In this document: positions 26,801 to 41,800 of the stretch, one piece after another
Numbering within the stretch: the first letter of the stretch is position 1
How the letters are laid out: every line of letters begins with the position of its first letter
DNA from: Auanema rhodensis
Taxonomy: Eukaryota; Animalia; Nematoda
DNA: 64,000 nucleotides
Assembly: GCA_964057225.1 (NCBI GenBank)
Contig: OZ059898.1
Location: 16,306,001 to 16,370,000, forward strand
Direction of reading: 5' to 3'
Made by a program: the position numbers and the translations under genes
Notes under the pieces: model-generated
Seen by the model: only the letters and a program-made list of their open reading frames with translations
Database searches by the model: none
Told to the model about the DNA's origin: nothing

Positions 26801-29800
26801 GATAGTGGTTTAGAGGATAGTTTGGACAAGTCAAATCAAGAACTGAGATTCTACCTAGTATGCCTCTCACGGATTTTAAAAGTTTCTGGGATTACTGTAT
26901 TTTGAGAATATTTAGAAGATAAATCAAGATGATAGTGGTTTAGAGGATAGTTTGGACAAGTCAAATCAAGAACTGAGATTCTACCTAGTATGCCTCTCAC
27001 GGATTTTAAAAGTTTCTGGGATTACTGTATTTTGAGAATATTTAGAAGATAAATCAAGATGATAGTGGTTTAGAGGATAGTTTGGACAAGTCAAATCAAG
27101 GACTGGGATTCTACCTAGTATGCCTCTCACGGATTTTAAAAGTTTTTGGGATTACTGTATTTTGAGAATATTTAGAAGATAAATCAAGATGATAGTGGTT
27201 TAGAGGATAGTTTGGACAAGTCAAATCAAGAACTGAGATTCTACCTAGTATGCCTCTCACGGATTTTAAAAGTTTCTGGGATTACTGTATTTTGAGAATA
27301 TTTAGAAGATAAATCAAAATGATAGTGGTTCAGAGGATAGTTTGGACAAGTCAGTCAAGGACTGGGATCCTACCTAGTATGCCTCTCACGGATTTTAAAA
27401 GTTTCTGGGATTACTGTATTTTGAGAATATTTAGAAGATAAATCAAGATGATAGTGGTTCAGAGGATAGTTTGGACAAGTCAGTCAAGGACTGGGATCCT
27501 ACCTAGTATGCCTCTCACGGATTTTAAAAGTTTCTCGGATTACTGTATTTTGAGAATATTTAGAAGATAAATCAAGATGATAGTGGTTCAGAGGATAGTT
27601 TGGACAAGTCAGTCAAGGACTGGGATCCTACCTAGTATGCCTCTCACGGATTTTAAAATTTTCTGGGATTACTGTATTTTGAGAATTTTTAGAAGATAAA
27701 TCAAAATGATAGTGGTTTAGAGGATAGTTTGGACAAGTCAAATCAAGAACTGGGATCCTACCTAGTATGCCTCTCACGGATTTTAAAATTTTCTGGGATT
27801 ACTGTATTTTGAGAATTTTTAGAAGATAAATCAAGATGATAGTGGTTCAGAGGATAGTTTGGACAAGTCAAATCAAGAACTGGGATTCTACCTAGTATGC
27901 CTCTCACGGATTTTAAAAGTTTTTGGGATTACTGTATTTTGAGAATATTTAGAAGATAAATCAAGATGATAGTGGTTCAGAGGATAGTTTGGACAAGTCA
28001 AATCAAGAACTGGGATCCTACCTAGTATGCCTCTCACGGATTTTAAAAGTTTTTGGGATTACTGTATTTTGAGAATATTTAGAAGATAAATCAAGATGAT
28101 AGTGGTTCAGAGGATAGTTTGGACAAGTCAAATCAAGAACTGGGATTCTACCTAGTATGCCTCTCACGGATTTTAAAAGTTTCTGGGATTACTGTATTTT
28201 GAGAATATTTAGAAGATAAATCAAGATGATAGTGGTTCAGAGGATAGTTTGGACAAGTCAGTCAAGGACTGGGATCCTACCTAGTATGCCTCTCACGGAT
28301 TTTAAAAGTTTTTGGGATTACTGTATTTTGAGAATTTTTAGAAGATAAATCAAAATGATAGTGGTTTAGAGGATAGTTTGGACAAGTCAGTCAAGGACTG
28401 GGATCCTACCTAGTATGCCTCTCACGGATTTTAAAAGTTTTTGGGATTACTGTATTTTGAGAATATTTAGAAGATAAATCAAGATGATAGTGGTTCAGAG
28501 GATAGTTTGGACAAGTCAAATCAAGAACTGGGATCCTACCTAGTATGCCTCTCACGGATTTTAAAAGTTTTTGGGATTACTGAATTTTGAGAATATTTAG
28601 AAGATAAATCAAGATGATAGTGGTTCAGAGGATAGTTTGGACAAGTCAGTCAAGGACTGGGATCCTACCTAGTATGCCTCTCACGGATTTTAAAAGTTTT
28701 TGGGATTACTGTATTTTGAGAATTTTTAGAAGATAAATCAAAATGATAGTGGTTTAGAGGATAGTTTGGACAAGTCAAATCAAGAACTGGGATCCTACGT
28801 AGTATACCTCTCACGGATTTTAAAATTTTCTCGGATTACTGTATTTTAAGAAATTTTAGAAGGTAAATCAAGATGATAGTGGTTCAGAGGATAGTTTGGA
28901 AAAGTCAAATCAAGGACTGGGATCCTACCTAGTATGCCTCTCACGGATTTTAAAAGTTTTTGGGATTACTGTATTTTGAGAATATTTAGAAGATAAATCA
29001 AGATGATAGTGGTTCAGAGGATAGTTTGGACAAGTCAAATCAAGAACTGGGATCCTACCTAGTATGCCTCTCACGGATTTTAAAACTTTTCTGGGATTAC
29101 TGTATTTTAAGAAATTTTAGAAGATAAATCAAGATGATAGTGGTTCAGAGGATAGTTTAGACAAGTCAAGTCGAGTCAAGGAATGGGATCCTACCTAGTA
29201 TGCCTCTCACGGATTTTAAAAATTTCTCGGATTACTGTATTTTGAGAAATTTTAGAAGGTAAATCAAGATGATAGTGGTTCAGAGGATAGTTTGGACAAG
29301 TCAAATCAAGAACTGGGATCCTACCTAGTATGCCTCTCACGGATTTTAAAACTTTTCTGGGATTACTGTATTTTAAGAAATTTTAGAAGATAAATCAAGA
29401 TGATAGTGGTTCAGAGGATAGTTTAGACAAGTCAAGTCGAGTCAAGGAATGGGATCCTACCTAGTATGCCTCTCACGGATTTTAAAATTTTCTCGGATTA
29501 CTGTATTTTGAGAAATTTTAGAAGATAAATCAAGATGATAGTGGTTCAGAGGATAGTTTGGACAAGTCAAATCAAGAACTGGGATCCTACGTAGTATACC
29601 TCTCACGGATTTTAAAATTTTCTCGGATTACTGTATTTTAAGAAATTTTAGAAGGTAAATCAAGATGATAGTGGTTCAGAGGATAGTTTGGACAAGTCAA
29701 ATCAAGAACTGGGATCCTACCTAGTATGCCTCTCACGGATTTTAAAAGTTTCTGGGATTACTGTATTTTAAGAAATTTTAGAAGACAAATCAAGATGATA

Positions 29801-32800
29801 GGGGTTCAGAGGATAATTTGGACAAGTCAAATCAAGAACTGGGATTCTACCTAGTATGCCTCTCACGGATTTTAAAACTTTTCTGAGATTACTGTATTTT
29901 AAGAAATTTTAGAAGATAAATCAAGATGATAGGGGTTCAGAGGATAGTTTGGACAAGTCAAGTCAAGTCAAGGACTGGGATCCTACCTAGTATGCCTCTC
30001 ACGGATTTTAAAAGTTTCTGGGATTACTGTATTTTGAGAATATTTAGAAGATAAATCAAGATGATAGTGGTTCAGAGGATAGTTTGGACAAGTCAAATCA
30101 AGAACTGGGATTCTACCTAGTATGCCTCTCACGGATTTTAAAACTTTTCTGAGATTACTGTATTTTGAGAATATTTAGAAGATAAATCAAGATGATAGTG
30201 GTTCAGAGGATAGTTTGGACAAGTCAAATCAAGGACTGGGATTCTACCTAGTATGCCTCTCAAGAATTTTAAAAGTTTCTGGGATTACTGTATTTTGAGA
30301 ATATTTAAAAGATAAATCAAGATGATAGTGGTTCAGAGGATAGTTTGGACAAGTCAAATCAAGAACTTGGATTCTACCTAGTATGCCTCTCACAGATTTT
30401 AAAAGTTTCTGGGATTACTGTATTTTGAGAATATTTAGAAGATAAATCAAGATGATAGTGGTTCAGAGGATAGTTTGGACAAGTCAAATCAAGAACTGGG
30501 ATCCTACCTAGTATGCCTCTCACGGATTTTAAAATTTTCTCGGATTACTGTATTTTAAGAAATTTTAGAAGGTAAATCAAGATGATAGTGGTTCAGAGGA
30601 TAGTTTGGACAAGTCAAATCAAGAACTGGGATCCTACCTAGTATGCCTCTCACGGATTTTAAAAGTTTCTGGGATTACTGTATTTTAAGAAATTTTAGAA
30701 GACAAATCAAGATGATAGGGGTTCAGAGGATAATTTGGACAAGTCAAATCAAGAACTGGGATTCTACCTAGTATGCCTCTCACGGATTTTAAAACTTTTC
30801 TGAGATTACTGTATTTTAAGAAATTTTAGAAGATAAATCAAGATGATAGGGGTTCAGAGGATAGTTTGGACAAGTCAAGTCAAGTCAAGGACTGGGATCC
30901 TACCTAGTATGCCTCTCACGGATTTTAAAAGTTTCTGGGATTACTGTATTTTGAGAATATTTAGAAGATAAATCAAGATGATAGTGGTTCAGAGGATAGT
31001 TTGGACAAGTCAAATCAAGAACTGGGATTCTACCTAGTATGCCTCTCACGGATTTTAAAAGTTTCTGGGATTACTGTATTTTGAGAATATTTAGAAGATA
31101 AATCAAGATGATAGTGGTTCAGAGGATAGTTTGGACAAGTCAAATCAAGAACTGGGATTCTACCTAGTATGCCTCTCACGGATTTTAAAACTTTTCTGAG
31201 ATTACTGTATTTTGAGAATATTTAGAAGATAAATCAAGATGATAGTGGTTCAGAGGATAGTTTGGACAAGTCAAATCAAGGACTGGGATTCTACCTAGTA
31301 TGCCTCTCAAGAATTTTAAAAGTTTCTGGGATTACTGTATTTTGAGAATATTTAAAAGATAAATCAAGATGATAGTGGTTCAGAGGATAGTTTGGACAAG
31401 TCAAATCAAGAACTTGGATTCTACCTAGTATGCCTCTCACAGATTTTAAAAGTTTCTGGGATTACTGTATTTTGAGAATATTTAAAAGATAAATCAAGAT
31501 GATAGTGGTTCAGAGGATAGTTTGGACAAGTCAAATCAAGAACTGGGATCCTACCTAGTATGCCTCTCACGGATTTTAAAACTTTTCTGGGATTACTGAA
31601 TTTTGAGAATATTTAGAAGATAAATCAAGATGATAGTGGTTCAGAGGATAGTTTGGACAAGTCAAATCAAGGACTGGGATTCTACCTAGTATGCCTCTCA
31701 AGGATTTTAAAACTTTTCTGGGATTACTGTATTTTGAGAATATTTAGAAGATAAATCAAGATGATAGTGGTTCAGAGGATAGTTTGGACAAGTCAAATCA
31801 AGGACTGGGATTCTACCTAGTATGCCTCTCACAGATTTTAAAATTTTCTGGGATTACTGTATTTTAAGAATATTTAGAAGATAACTCAAGATGATAGTGG
31901 GTCAGATGATAGTTTGGACAAGTCAAATCAAGAACTGGGATCCTACCTAGTATGCCTCTCACGGATTTTAAAATTTTCTGGGATTACTGTATTTTAAGAA
32001 TATTTAGAAGATAACTCAAGATGATAGTGGGTCAGATGATAGTTTGGACAAGTCAAATCAAGAACTGGGATCCTACCTAGTATGCCTCTCACGGATTTTA
32101 AAATTTTTCTGGGATTACTGTATTTTGAGAAAATTTAAAAGATAAATCAAGATGATAGTGGTTCAGAGGATAGTTTGGACAAGTCAAATCAAGAACTGGG
32201 ATCCTACCTAGTATGCCTCTCACGGATTTTAAAATTTTTCTGGGATTACTGTATTTTGAGAAAATTTAAAAGATAAATCAAGATGATAGTGGTTCAGAGG
32301 ATAGTTTGGACAAGTCAAATCAAGAACTGGGATCCTACCTAGTATGCCTCTCACGGATTTTAAAACTTTTCTGGGATTACTGTATTTTAAGAATATTTAG
32401 AAGATAACTCAAGATGATAGTGGGTCAGATGATAGTTTGGACAAGTCAAATCAAGAACTGGGATCCTACCTAGTATGCCTCTCACGGATTTTAAAACTTT
32501 TCTGGGATTACTGTATTTTGAGAAAATTTAAAAGATAAATCAAGATGATAGTGGTTCAGAGGATAGTTTGGACAAGTCAAATCAAGAACTGGGATCCTAC
32601 CTAGTATGCCTCTCACGGATTTTAAAACTTTTCTGGGATTACTGTATTTTGAGAAAATTTAGAAGATAACTCAAGATGATAGTGGGTCAGATGATAGTTT
32701 GGACAAGTCAAATCAAGAACTGGGATCCTACCTAGTATGCCTCTCACGGATTTTAAAACTTTTCTGGGATTACTGTATTTTGAGAATATTTAGAAGATAA

Positions 32801-35800
32801 ATCAAGATGATAGTGGTTCAGAGGATAGTTTGGACAAGTCAGTCAAGGACTGGGATCCTACCTAGTATGCCTCTCACGGATTTTAAAACTTTTCTGGGAT
32901 TACTGTATTTTAAGAATATTTAGAAGATAACTCAAGATGATAGTGGTTCAGAGGATAGTTTGGACAAGTCAAATCAAGAACTGGAATCCTACCTAGTATG
33001 CCTCTCACGGATTTTAAAACTTTTCTGGGATTACTGTATTTTGAGAAAATTTAAAAGATAAATCAAGATGATAGTGGTTCAGAGGATAGTTTGGACAAGT
33101 CAAATCAAGAACTGGGATCCTACCTAGTATGCCTCTCACGGATTTTAAAATTTTCTGGGATTACTGTATTTTGAGAAAATTTAAAAATATAAATCAAGAT
33201 GATAGTGGTTCAGAGGATAGTTTGGACAAGTCAAATCAAGAACTGGGATCCTACCTAGTATGCCTCTCACGGATTTTAAAACTTTTCTGGGATTACTGTA
33301 TTTTGAGAAAATTTAAAAAATAAATCAAGATGATAGTGGTTCAGAGGATGGTTTGGACAAGTCAAATCAAGAACTGGGATCCTACCTAGTATGCCTCTCA
33401 CGGATTTTAAAACTTTTCTGGGATTACTGTATTTTGAGAATATTTAGAAGATAAATCAAGATGATAGTGGTTCAGAGAATAGTTTGGACAAGTCAAATCA
33501 AGAACTGGGATCCTACCTAGTATGCCTCTCACGGATTTTAAAACTTTTCTGGGATTACTGTATTTTGAGAATATTTAGAAGATAAATCAAGATGATAGTG
33601 GTTCAGAGAATAGTTTGGACAAGTCAAATCAAGAACTGGGATCCTACCTAGTATGCCTCTCACGGATTTTAAAACTTTTCTGGGATTACTGTATTTTGAG
33701 AATATTTAGAAGATAAATCAAGATGATAGTGGTTCAGAGGATGGTTTGGACAAGTCAAATCAAGAACTGGGATCCTACCTAGTATGCCTCTCACGGATTT
33801 TAAAACTTTTCTGGGATTACTGTATTTTGAGAATATTTAGAAGATAAATCAAGATGATAGTGGTTCAGAGGATAGTTTGGACAAGTCAAATCAAGGACTG
33901 GGATTCTACCTAGTATGCCTCTCAAGGATTTTAAAAGTTTCTGGGATTACTGTATTTTGAGAATATTTAAAAGATAAATCAAGATGATAGTGGTTCAGAT
34001 GATAGTTTGGACAAGTCAAATCAAGGACTGGGATTCTACCTAGTATGCCTCTCAAGGATTTTAAAAGTTTCTGGGATTACTGTATTTTGAGAATATTTAA
34101 AAGATAAATCAAGATGATAGTGGTTCAGAGGATAGTTTGGACAAGTCAAATCAAGGACTGGGATTCTACCTAGTATGCCTCTCAAGGATTTTAAAAGTTT
34201 CTGGGATTACTGTATTTTGAGAATATTTAAAAGATAAATCAAGATGATAGTGGTTCAGAGGATAGTTTGGACAAGTCAAATCAAGGACTGGGATTCTACC
34301 TAGTATGCCTCTCAAGGATTTTAAAAGTTTCTGGGATTACTGTATTTTGAGAATATTTAAAAGATAAATCAAGATGATAGTGGTTCAGAGGATAGTTTGG
34401 ACAAGTCAAGTCAAGAACTGGGATCCTACCTAGTATACCTCTCAAGGATTTTAAAAGTTTCTGGGATTACTGTATTTTGAGAATATTTAAAAGATAAATC
34501 AAGATGATAGTGGTTCAGATGATAGTTTGGACAAGTCAAATCAAGAACTGGGATTCTACCTAGTATGCCTCTCACGGAATTTAAAACTTTTCTGGGATTA
34601 CTGTATTTTGAGAATATCTAGAAGATAAATCAAGATGATAGTGGTTCAGAGGATAGTTTGGACAAGTCAAGTCAAGAACTGGGATCCTACCTAGTATGCT
34701 TCTCACGGATTTTAAAATTTTCTGGGATTACTGTATTTTGAGAATATTTAGAAGATAAATCAAGATGATAGTGGTTCAGAGGATAGTTTGGACAAGTCAA
34801 GTCAAGAACTGGGATCCTACCTAGTATACCTCTCACGGATTTTAAAACTTTTCTGGGATTACTGTATTTTGAGAATATCTAGAAGATAAATCAAGATGAT
34901 AGTGGTTCAGTGGATAGTTTGGACAAGTCAAATCAAGAACTGGGATCCTACCTAGTATGCCTCTCACGGATTTTAAAATTTTTCTCGGATTACTGTATTT
35001 TGAGAATATTTAGAAGATAAATAAAGATGATAGTGGTTCAGAGGATAGTTTGGACCAGTCAAGTCAAGGACTGGGATTCTACCTAGTATGCCTCTCAAGG
35101 ATTTTAAAAGTTTTTGGGATTACTGTATTTTCAGAATATTTAAAAGATAAATCAAGATGATAGTGGTTCAGAGGATAGTTTGGACAAGTCAAGTCAAGAA
35201 CTGGGATCCTACCTAGTATGCCTCTCACGGATTTTAAAACTTTTCTGGGATTACTGTATTTTGAGAATATCTAGAAGATAAATCAAGATGATAGTGGTTC
35301 AGAGGATAGTTTGGACAAGTCAAGTCAAGAACTGGGATCCTACGTAGTATGCCTCTCACGGATTTTAAAATTTTCTGGGATTACTGTATTTTGAGAATAT
35401 TTAGAAGATAAATCAAGATGATAGTGGTTCAGAGGATAGTTTGGACAAGTCAAGTCAAGAACTGGGATCCTACCTAGTATACCTCTCACGGATTTTAAAA
35501 CTTTTCTGGGATTACTGTATTTTAAGAAATTTTAGAAGATAAATCAAGATGATAGTGGTTCAGAGGATAGTTTGGACAAGTCAAATCAAGAACTGGGATC
35601 CTACCTAGTATACCTCTCACGGATTTTAAAACTTTTCTGGGATTACTGTATTTTAAGAAATTTTAGAAGATAAATCAAGATGATAGTGGTTCAGTGGATA
35701 GTTTGGACAAGTCAAATCAAGAACTGGGATCCTACCTAGTATACCTCTCACGGATTTTAAAACTTTTCTGGGTTTACTGTATTTTGAGAATATTTAAAAG

Positions 35801-38800
35801 ATAAATCAAGATGATAGTGGTTCAGTGGATAGTTTGGACAAGTCAAATCAAGAACTGGGATCCTACCTAGTATACCTCTCACGGATTTTAAAACTTTTCT
35901 GGGATTACTGTATTTTGAGAATATTTAGAAGATAAATCAAGATGATAGTGGTTTAGAGGATAGTTTGAAAAAGTCAAATGAAGGACTGGGATCCTACCTA
36001 GTATGCCTCTCACGGATTTTAAAACTTTTCTGGGATTACTGTATTTTAAGAATATTTAGAAGATAAATCAAGATGATAGTGGTTTAGAGGATAGTTTGAA
36101 AAAGTCAAATGAAGGACTGGGATCCTACGTAGTATGCCTCTCACGGATTTTAAAACTTTTCTGGGTTTACTGTATTTTGAGAATATTTAAAAGATAAATC
36201 AAGATGATAGTGGTTCAGTGGATAGTTTGGACAAGTCAAATCAAGAACTGGGATCCTACCTAGTATACCTCTCACGGATTTTAAAACTTTTCTGGGATTA
36301 CTGTATTTTGAGAATATTTAGAAGATAAATCAAGATGATAGTGGTTTAGAGGATAGTTTGAAAAAGTCAAATGAAGGACTGGGATCCTACCTAGTATGCC
36401 TCTCACGGATTTTAAAACTTTTCTGGGATTACTGTATTTTAAGAAATTTTAGAAGATAAATCAAGATGATAGTGGTTTAGAGGATAGTTTGGACAAGTCA
36501 AATCAAGAACTGGGATCCTACCTAGTATACCTCTCACGGATTTTAAAACTTTTCTGGGTTTACTGTATTTTGAGAATATTTAAAAGATAAATCAAGATGA
36601 TAGTGGTTCAGTGGATAGTTTGGACAAGTCAAATCAAGAACTGGGATCCTACCTAGTATGCCTCTCACGGATTTTAAAACTTTTCTGGGATTACTGTATT
36701 TTGAGAATATTTAGAAGATAAATCAAGATGATAGTGGTTTAGAGGATAGTTTGAAAAAGTCAAATGAAGGACTGGGATCCTACGTAGTATGCCTCTCACG
36801 GATTTTAAAATTTTCTGGGATTACTGTATTTTGAGAATATTTAAAAGATAAATCAAGATGATAGTGGTTCAGTGGATAGTTTGGACAAGTCAAATCAAGA
36901 ACTGGGATCCTACCTAGTATACCTCTCACGGATTTAAAAACTTTTCTGGGATTACTGTATTTTAAGAAATTTTAGAAGATAAATCAAGATGATAGTGGTT
37001 CAGTGGATAGTTTGGACAAGTCAAATCAAGAACTGGGATCCTACCTAGTATACCTCTCACGGATTTTAAAACTTTTCTGGGATTACTGTATTTTGAGAAT
37101 ATTTAAAAGATAAATCAAGATGATAGTGGTTCAGTGGATAGTTTGGACAAGTCAAATCAAGAACTGGGATCCTACCTAGTATACCTCTCACGGATTTTAA
37201 AACTTTTCTGGGATTACTGTATTTTGAGAATATTTAGAAGATAAATCAAGATGATAGTGGTTTAGAGGATAGTTTGAAAAAGTCAAATGAAGGACTGGGA
37301 TCCTTTCTAGTATGCCTCTCACGGATTTTAAAACTTTTCTGGGATTAATGTATTTTAAGAATATTTAGAAGATAACTCAAGATGATAGTGGGTCAGATGA
37401 TAGTTTGGACAAGTCAAATCAAGAACTGGGATCCTACCTAGTATGCCTCTCACGGATTTTAAAACTTTTCTGGGATTACTGTATTTTGAGAATATTTAGA
37501 AGATAAATCAAGATGATAGTGGTTTAGAGGATAGTTTGGACAAGTCAAATCAAGAACTGGGATCCTACCTAGTATGCTTCTCACGGATTTTAAAACTTTT
37601 CTGGGATTACTGTATTTTAAGAAATTTTAGAAGATAAATCAAGATGATAGTGGTTCAGAGGATAGTTTGGACAAGTCAAATCAAGAACTGGGATCCTACC
37701 TAGTATTCCTCTCACGGATTTTAAAATTTTCTGGGATTACTGTATTTTAAGAATATTTAGAAGATAACTCAAGATGATAGTGGTTCAGAGAATAGTTTGG
37801 ACAAGTCAAATCAAGAACTGGGATCCTACCTAGTATGCCTCTCACGGATTTTAAAACTTTTCTGGGATTACTGTATTTTAAGAAATTTTAGAAGATAAAT
37901 CAAGATGATAGTGGTTCAGAGGATAGTTTGGACAAGTCAAGTCAAGTCAAGGATTGGGATTCTACCTAGTATGCCTCTCACAGATTTTAAAACTTTTCTG
38001 GGATTACTGTATTTTGAGAATATTTAGAAAATGAATCAAGATGATAGGGGTTCAGAGGATAGTTTGGACAAGTCAAATCAAGGACTGGGATCCTACCTAG
38101 TATGCCTCTCACGGATTTTAAAATTTTCTGGGATTACTGTATTTTAAGAAATTTTAGAAGATAAATCAAGATGATAGTGGTTCAGAGGATAGTTTGGACA
38201 AGTCAAATCAAGAACTGGGATCCTACCTAGTATGCCTCTCACGGATTTTAAAATTTTCTGGGATTACTGTATTTTAAGAAATTTTAGAAGATAAATCAAG
38301 ATGATAGTGGTTCAGAGGATAGTTTGGACAAGTCAAATCAAGAACTGGGATCCTACCTAGTATTCCTCTCACGGATTTTAAAATTTTCTGGGATTACTGT
38401 ATTTTAAGAATATTTAAAAGATAAATCAAGATGATAGTGGTTCAGAGGATAGTTTGGACAAGTCAAGTCAAGAACTGGGATCCTACCTAGTATACCTCTC
38501 ACGGATTTTAAAATTTTCTGGGATTACTGTATTTTGAGAATATTTAGAAGATAAATCAAGATGATAGTGGTTTAGAGGATAGTTTGAAAAAGTCAAATGA
38601 AGGACTGGGATCCTACCTAGTATGCCTCTCACGGATTTTAAAACTTTTCTGGGATTACTGTATTTTGAGAATATTTAGAAGATAAATCAAGATGATAGTG
38701 GTTTAGAGGATAGTTTGAAAAAGTCAAATCAAGAACTGGGATCCTACCTAGTATGCTTCTCACGGATTTTAAAACTTTTCTGGGATTACTGTATTTTAAG

Positions 38801-41800
38801 AAATTTTAGAAGATAAATCAAGATGATAGTGGTTCAGAGGATAGTTTGGACAAGTCAAATCAAGAACTGGGATCCTACCTAGTATTCCTCTCACGGATTT
38901 TAAAATTTTCTGGGATTACTGTATTTTAAGAAATTTTAGAAGATAAATCAAGATGATAGTGGTTCAGAGGATAGTTTGGACAAGTCAAGTCAAGTCAAGG
39001 ATTGGGATTCTACCTAGTATGCCTCTCACAGATTTTAAAACTTTTCTGGGATTACTGTATTTTAAGAAATTTTAGAAGATAAATCAAGATGATAGTGGTT
39101 CAGAGGATAGTTTGGACAAGTCAAATCAAGAACTGGGATCCTACCTAGTATGCCTCTCACGGATTTTAAAACTTTTCTGGGATTACTGTATTTTGAGAAT
39201 ATTTAGAAGATAAATCAAGATGATAGTGGTTTAGAGGATAGTTTGGACAAGTCAAATCAAGAACTGGGATCCTACCTAGTATGCCTCTCACGGATTTTAA
39301 AACTTTTCTGGGATTACTGTATTTTGAGAATATTTAGAAGATAAATCAAGATGATAGTGGTTTAGAGGATAGTTTGGACAAGTCAAATCAAGAACTGGGA
39401 TCCTACCTAGTATTCCTCTCACGGATTTTAAAATTTTCTGGGATTACTGTATTTTAAGAATATTTAAAAGATAAATCAAGATGATAGTGGTTCAGAGGAT
39501 AGTTTGGACAAGTCAAGTCAAGAACTGGGATCCTACCTAGTATACCTCTCACGGATTTTAAAATTTTCTGGGATTACTGTATTTTGAGAATATTTAGAAG
39601 ATAAATCAAGATGATAGTGGTTTAGAGGATAGTTTGAAAAAGTCAAATGAAGGACTGGGATCCTACCTAGTATGCCTCTCACGGATTTTAAAACTTTTCT
39701 GGGATTACTGTATTTTGAGAATATTTAGAAGATAAATCAAGATGATAGTGGTTTAGAGGATAGTTTGGACAAGTCAAATCAAGAACTGGGATCCTACCTA
39801 GTATGCTTCTCACGGATTTTAAAACTTTTCTGGGATTACTGTATTTTAAGAAATTTTAGAAGATAAATCAAGATGATAGTGGTTCAGAGGATAGTTTGGA
39901 CAAGTCAAATCAAGAACTGGGATCCTACCTAGTATTCCTCTCACGGATTTTAAAATTTTCTGGGATTACTGTATTTTAAGAAATTTTAGAAGATAAATCA
40001 AGATGATAGTGGTTCAGAGGATAGTTTGGACAAGTCAAGTCAAGTCAAGGATTGGGATTCTACCTAGTATGCCTCTCACAGATTTTAAAACTTTTCTGGG
40101 ATTACTGTATTTTAAGAAATTTTAGAAGATAAATCAAGATGATAGTGGTTCAGAGGATAGTTTGGACAAGTCAAATCAAGAACTGGGATCCTACCTAGTA
40201 TGCCTCTCACGGATTTTAAAACTTTTCTGGGATTACTGTATTTTGAGAATATTTAGAAGATAAATCAAGATGATAGTGGTTTAGAGGATAGTTTGGACAA
40301 GTCAAATCAAGAACTGGGATCCTACCTAGTATGCCTCTCACGGATTTTAAAACTTTTCTGGGATTACTGTATTTTGAGAATATTTAGAAGATAAATCAAG
40401 ATGATAGTGGTTTAGAGGATAGTTTGGACAAGTCAAATCAAGAACTGGGATCCTACCTAGTATTCCTCTCACGGATTTTAAAATTTTCTGGGATTACTGT
40501 ATTTTAAGAAATTTTAGAAGATAAATCAAGATGATAGTGGTTTAGAGGATAGTTTGGACAAGTCAAATCAAGAACTGGGATCCTACCTAGTATTCCTCTC
40601 ACGGATTTTAAAATTTTCTGGGATTACTGTATTTTGAGAATATTTAGAAAATGAATCAAGATGATAGGGGTTCAGAGGATAGTTTGGACAAGTCAAATCA
40701 AGGACTGGGATCCTACCTAGTATGCCTCTCACGGATTTTAAAACTTTTCTGGGATTACTGTATTTTAAGAAATTTTAGAAGATAAATCAAGATGATAGTG
40801 GTTCAGAGGATAGTTTGGACAAGTCAAGTCAAGTCAAGGATTGGGATTCTACCTAGTATGCCTCTCACAGATTTTAAAACTTTTCTGGGATTACTGTATT
40901 TTGAGAATATTTAGAAAATGAATCAAGATGATAGGGGTTCAGAGGATAGTTTGGACAAGTCAAATCAAGGACTGGGATCCTACCTAGTATGCCTCTCACG
41001 GATTTTAAAATTTTCTGGGATTACTGTATTTTAAGAAATTTTAGAAGATAAAGAAAGATAATAGGGGTTCAGAGGATAGTTTGGACAAGTCAAATCAAGA
41101 ACTGGGATCCTACCTAGTATGCCTCTCACGGATTTTAAAATTTTCTGGGATTACTGTATTTTGAGAATATTTAGAAAATGAATCAAGATGATAGTGGTTC
41201 AGAGGATAGTTTGGACAAGTCAAGTCAAGGACTGGGATCCTACCTAGTATGCCTCTCACGGATTTTAAAATTTTCTGGGATTACTGTATTTTAAGAAATT
41301 TTAGAAGATAAAGAAAGATAATAGGGGTTCAGAGGATAGTTTGGACAAGTCAAGTCAAGTCAAGGATTGGGATTCTACCTAGTATGCCTCTCACGGATTT
41401 TAAAATTTTCTGAGATTACTGTATTTTAAGAAATTTTAGAAGATAAATCAAGATGATAGTGGTTCAGAGGATAGTTTGGACAAGTCAAGTCAAGAACTGG
41501 GATCCTACCTAGTATGCCTCTCACGGATTTTAAAATTTTCTGGGATTACTGTATTTTGAGAATATTTAGAAAATGAATCAAGATGATAGGGGTTCAGAGG
41601 ATAGTTTGGACAAGTCAAGTCAAGTCAAGGATTGGGATTCTACCTAGTATGCCTCTCACGGATTTTAAAATTTTCTGGGATTACTGTATTTTAAGAAATT
41701 TTAGAAGATAAATCAAGATGATAGTGGTTCAGAGGATAGTTTGGACAAGTCAAATCAAGAACTGGGATCCTACCTAGTATGCCTCTCACGGATTTTAAAA

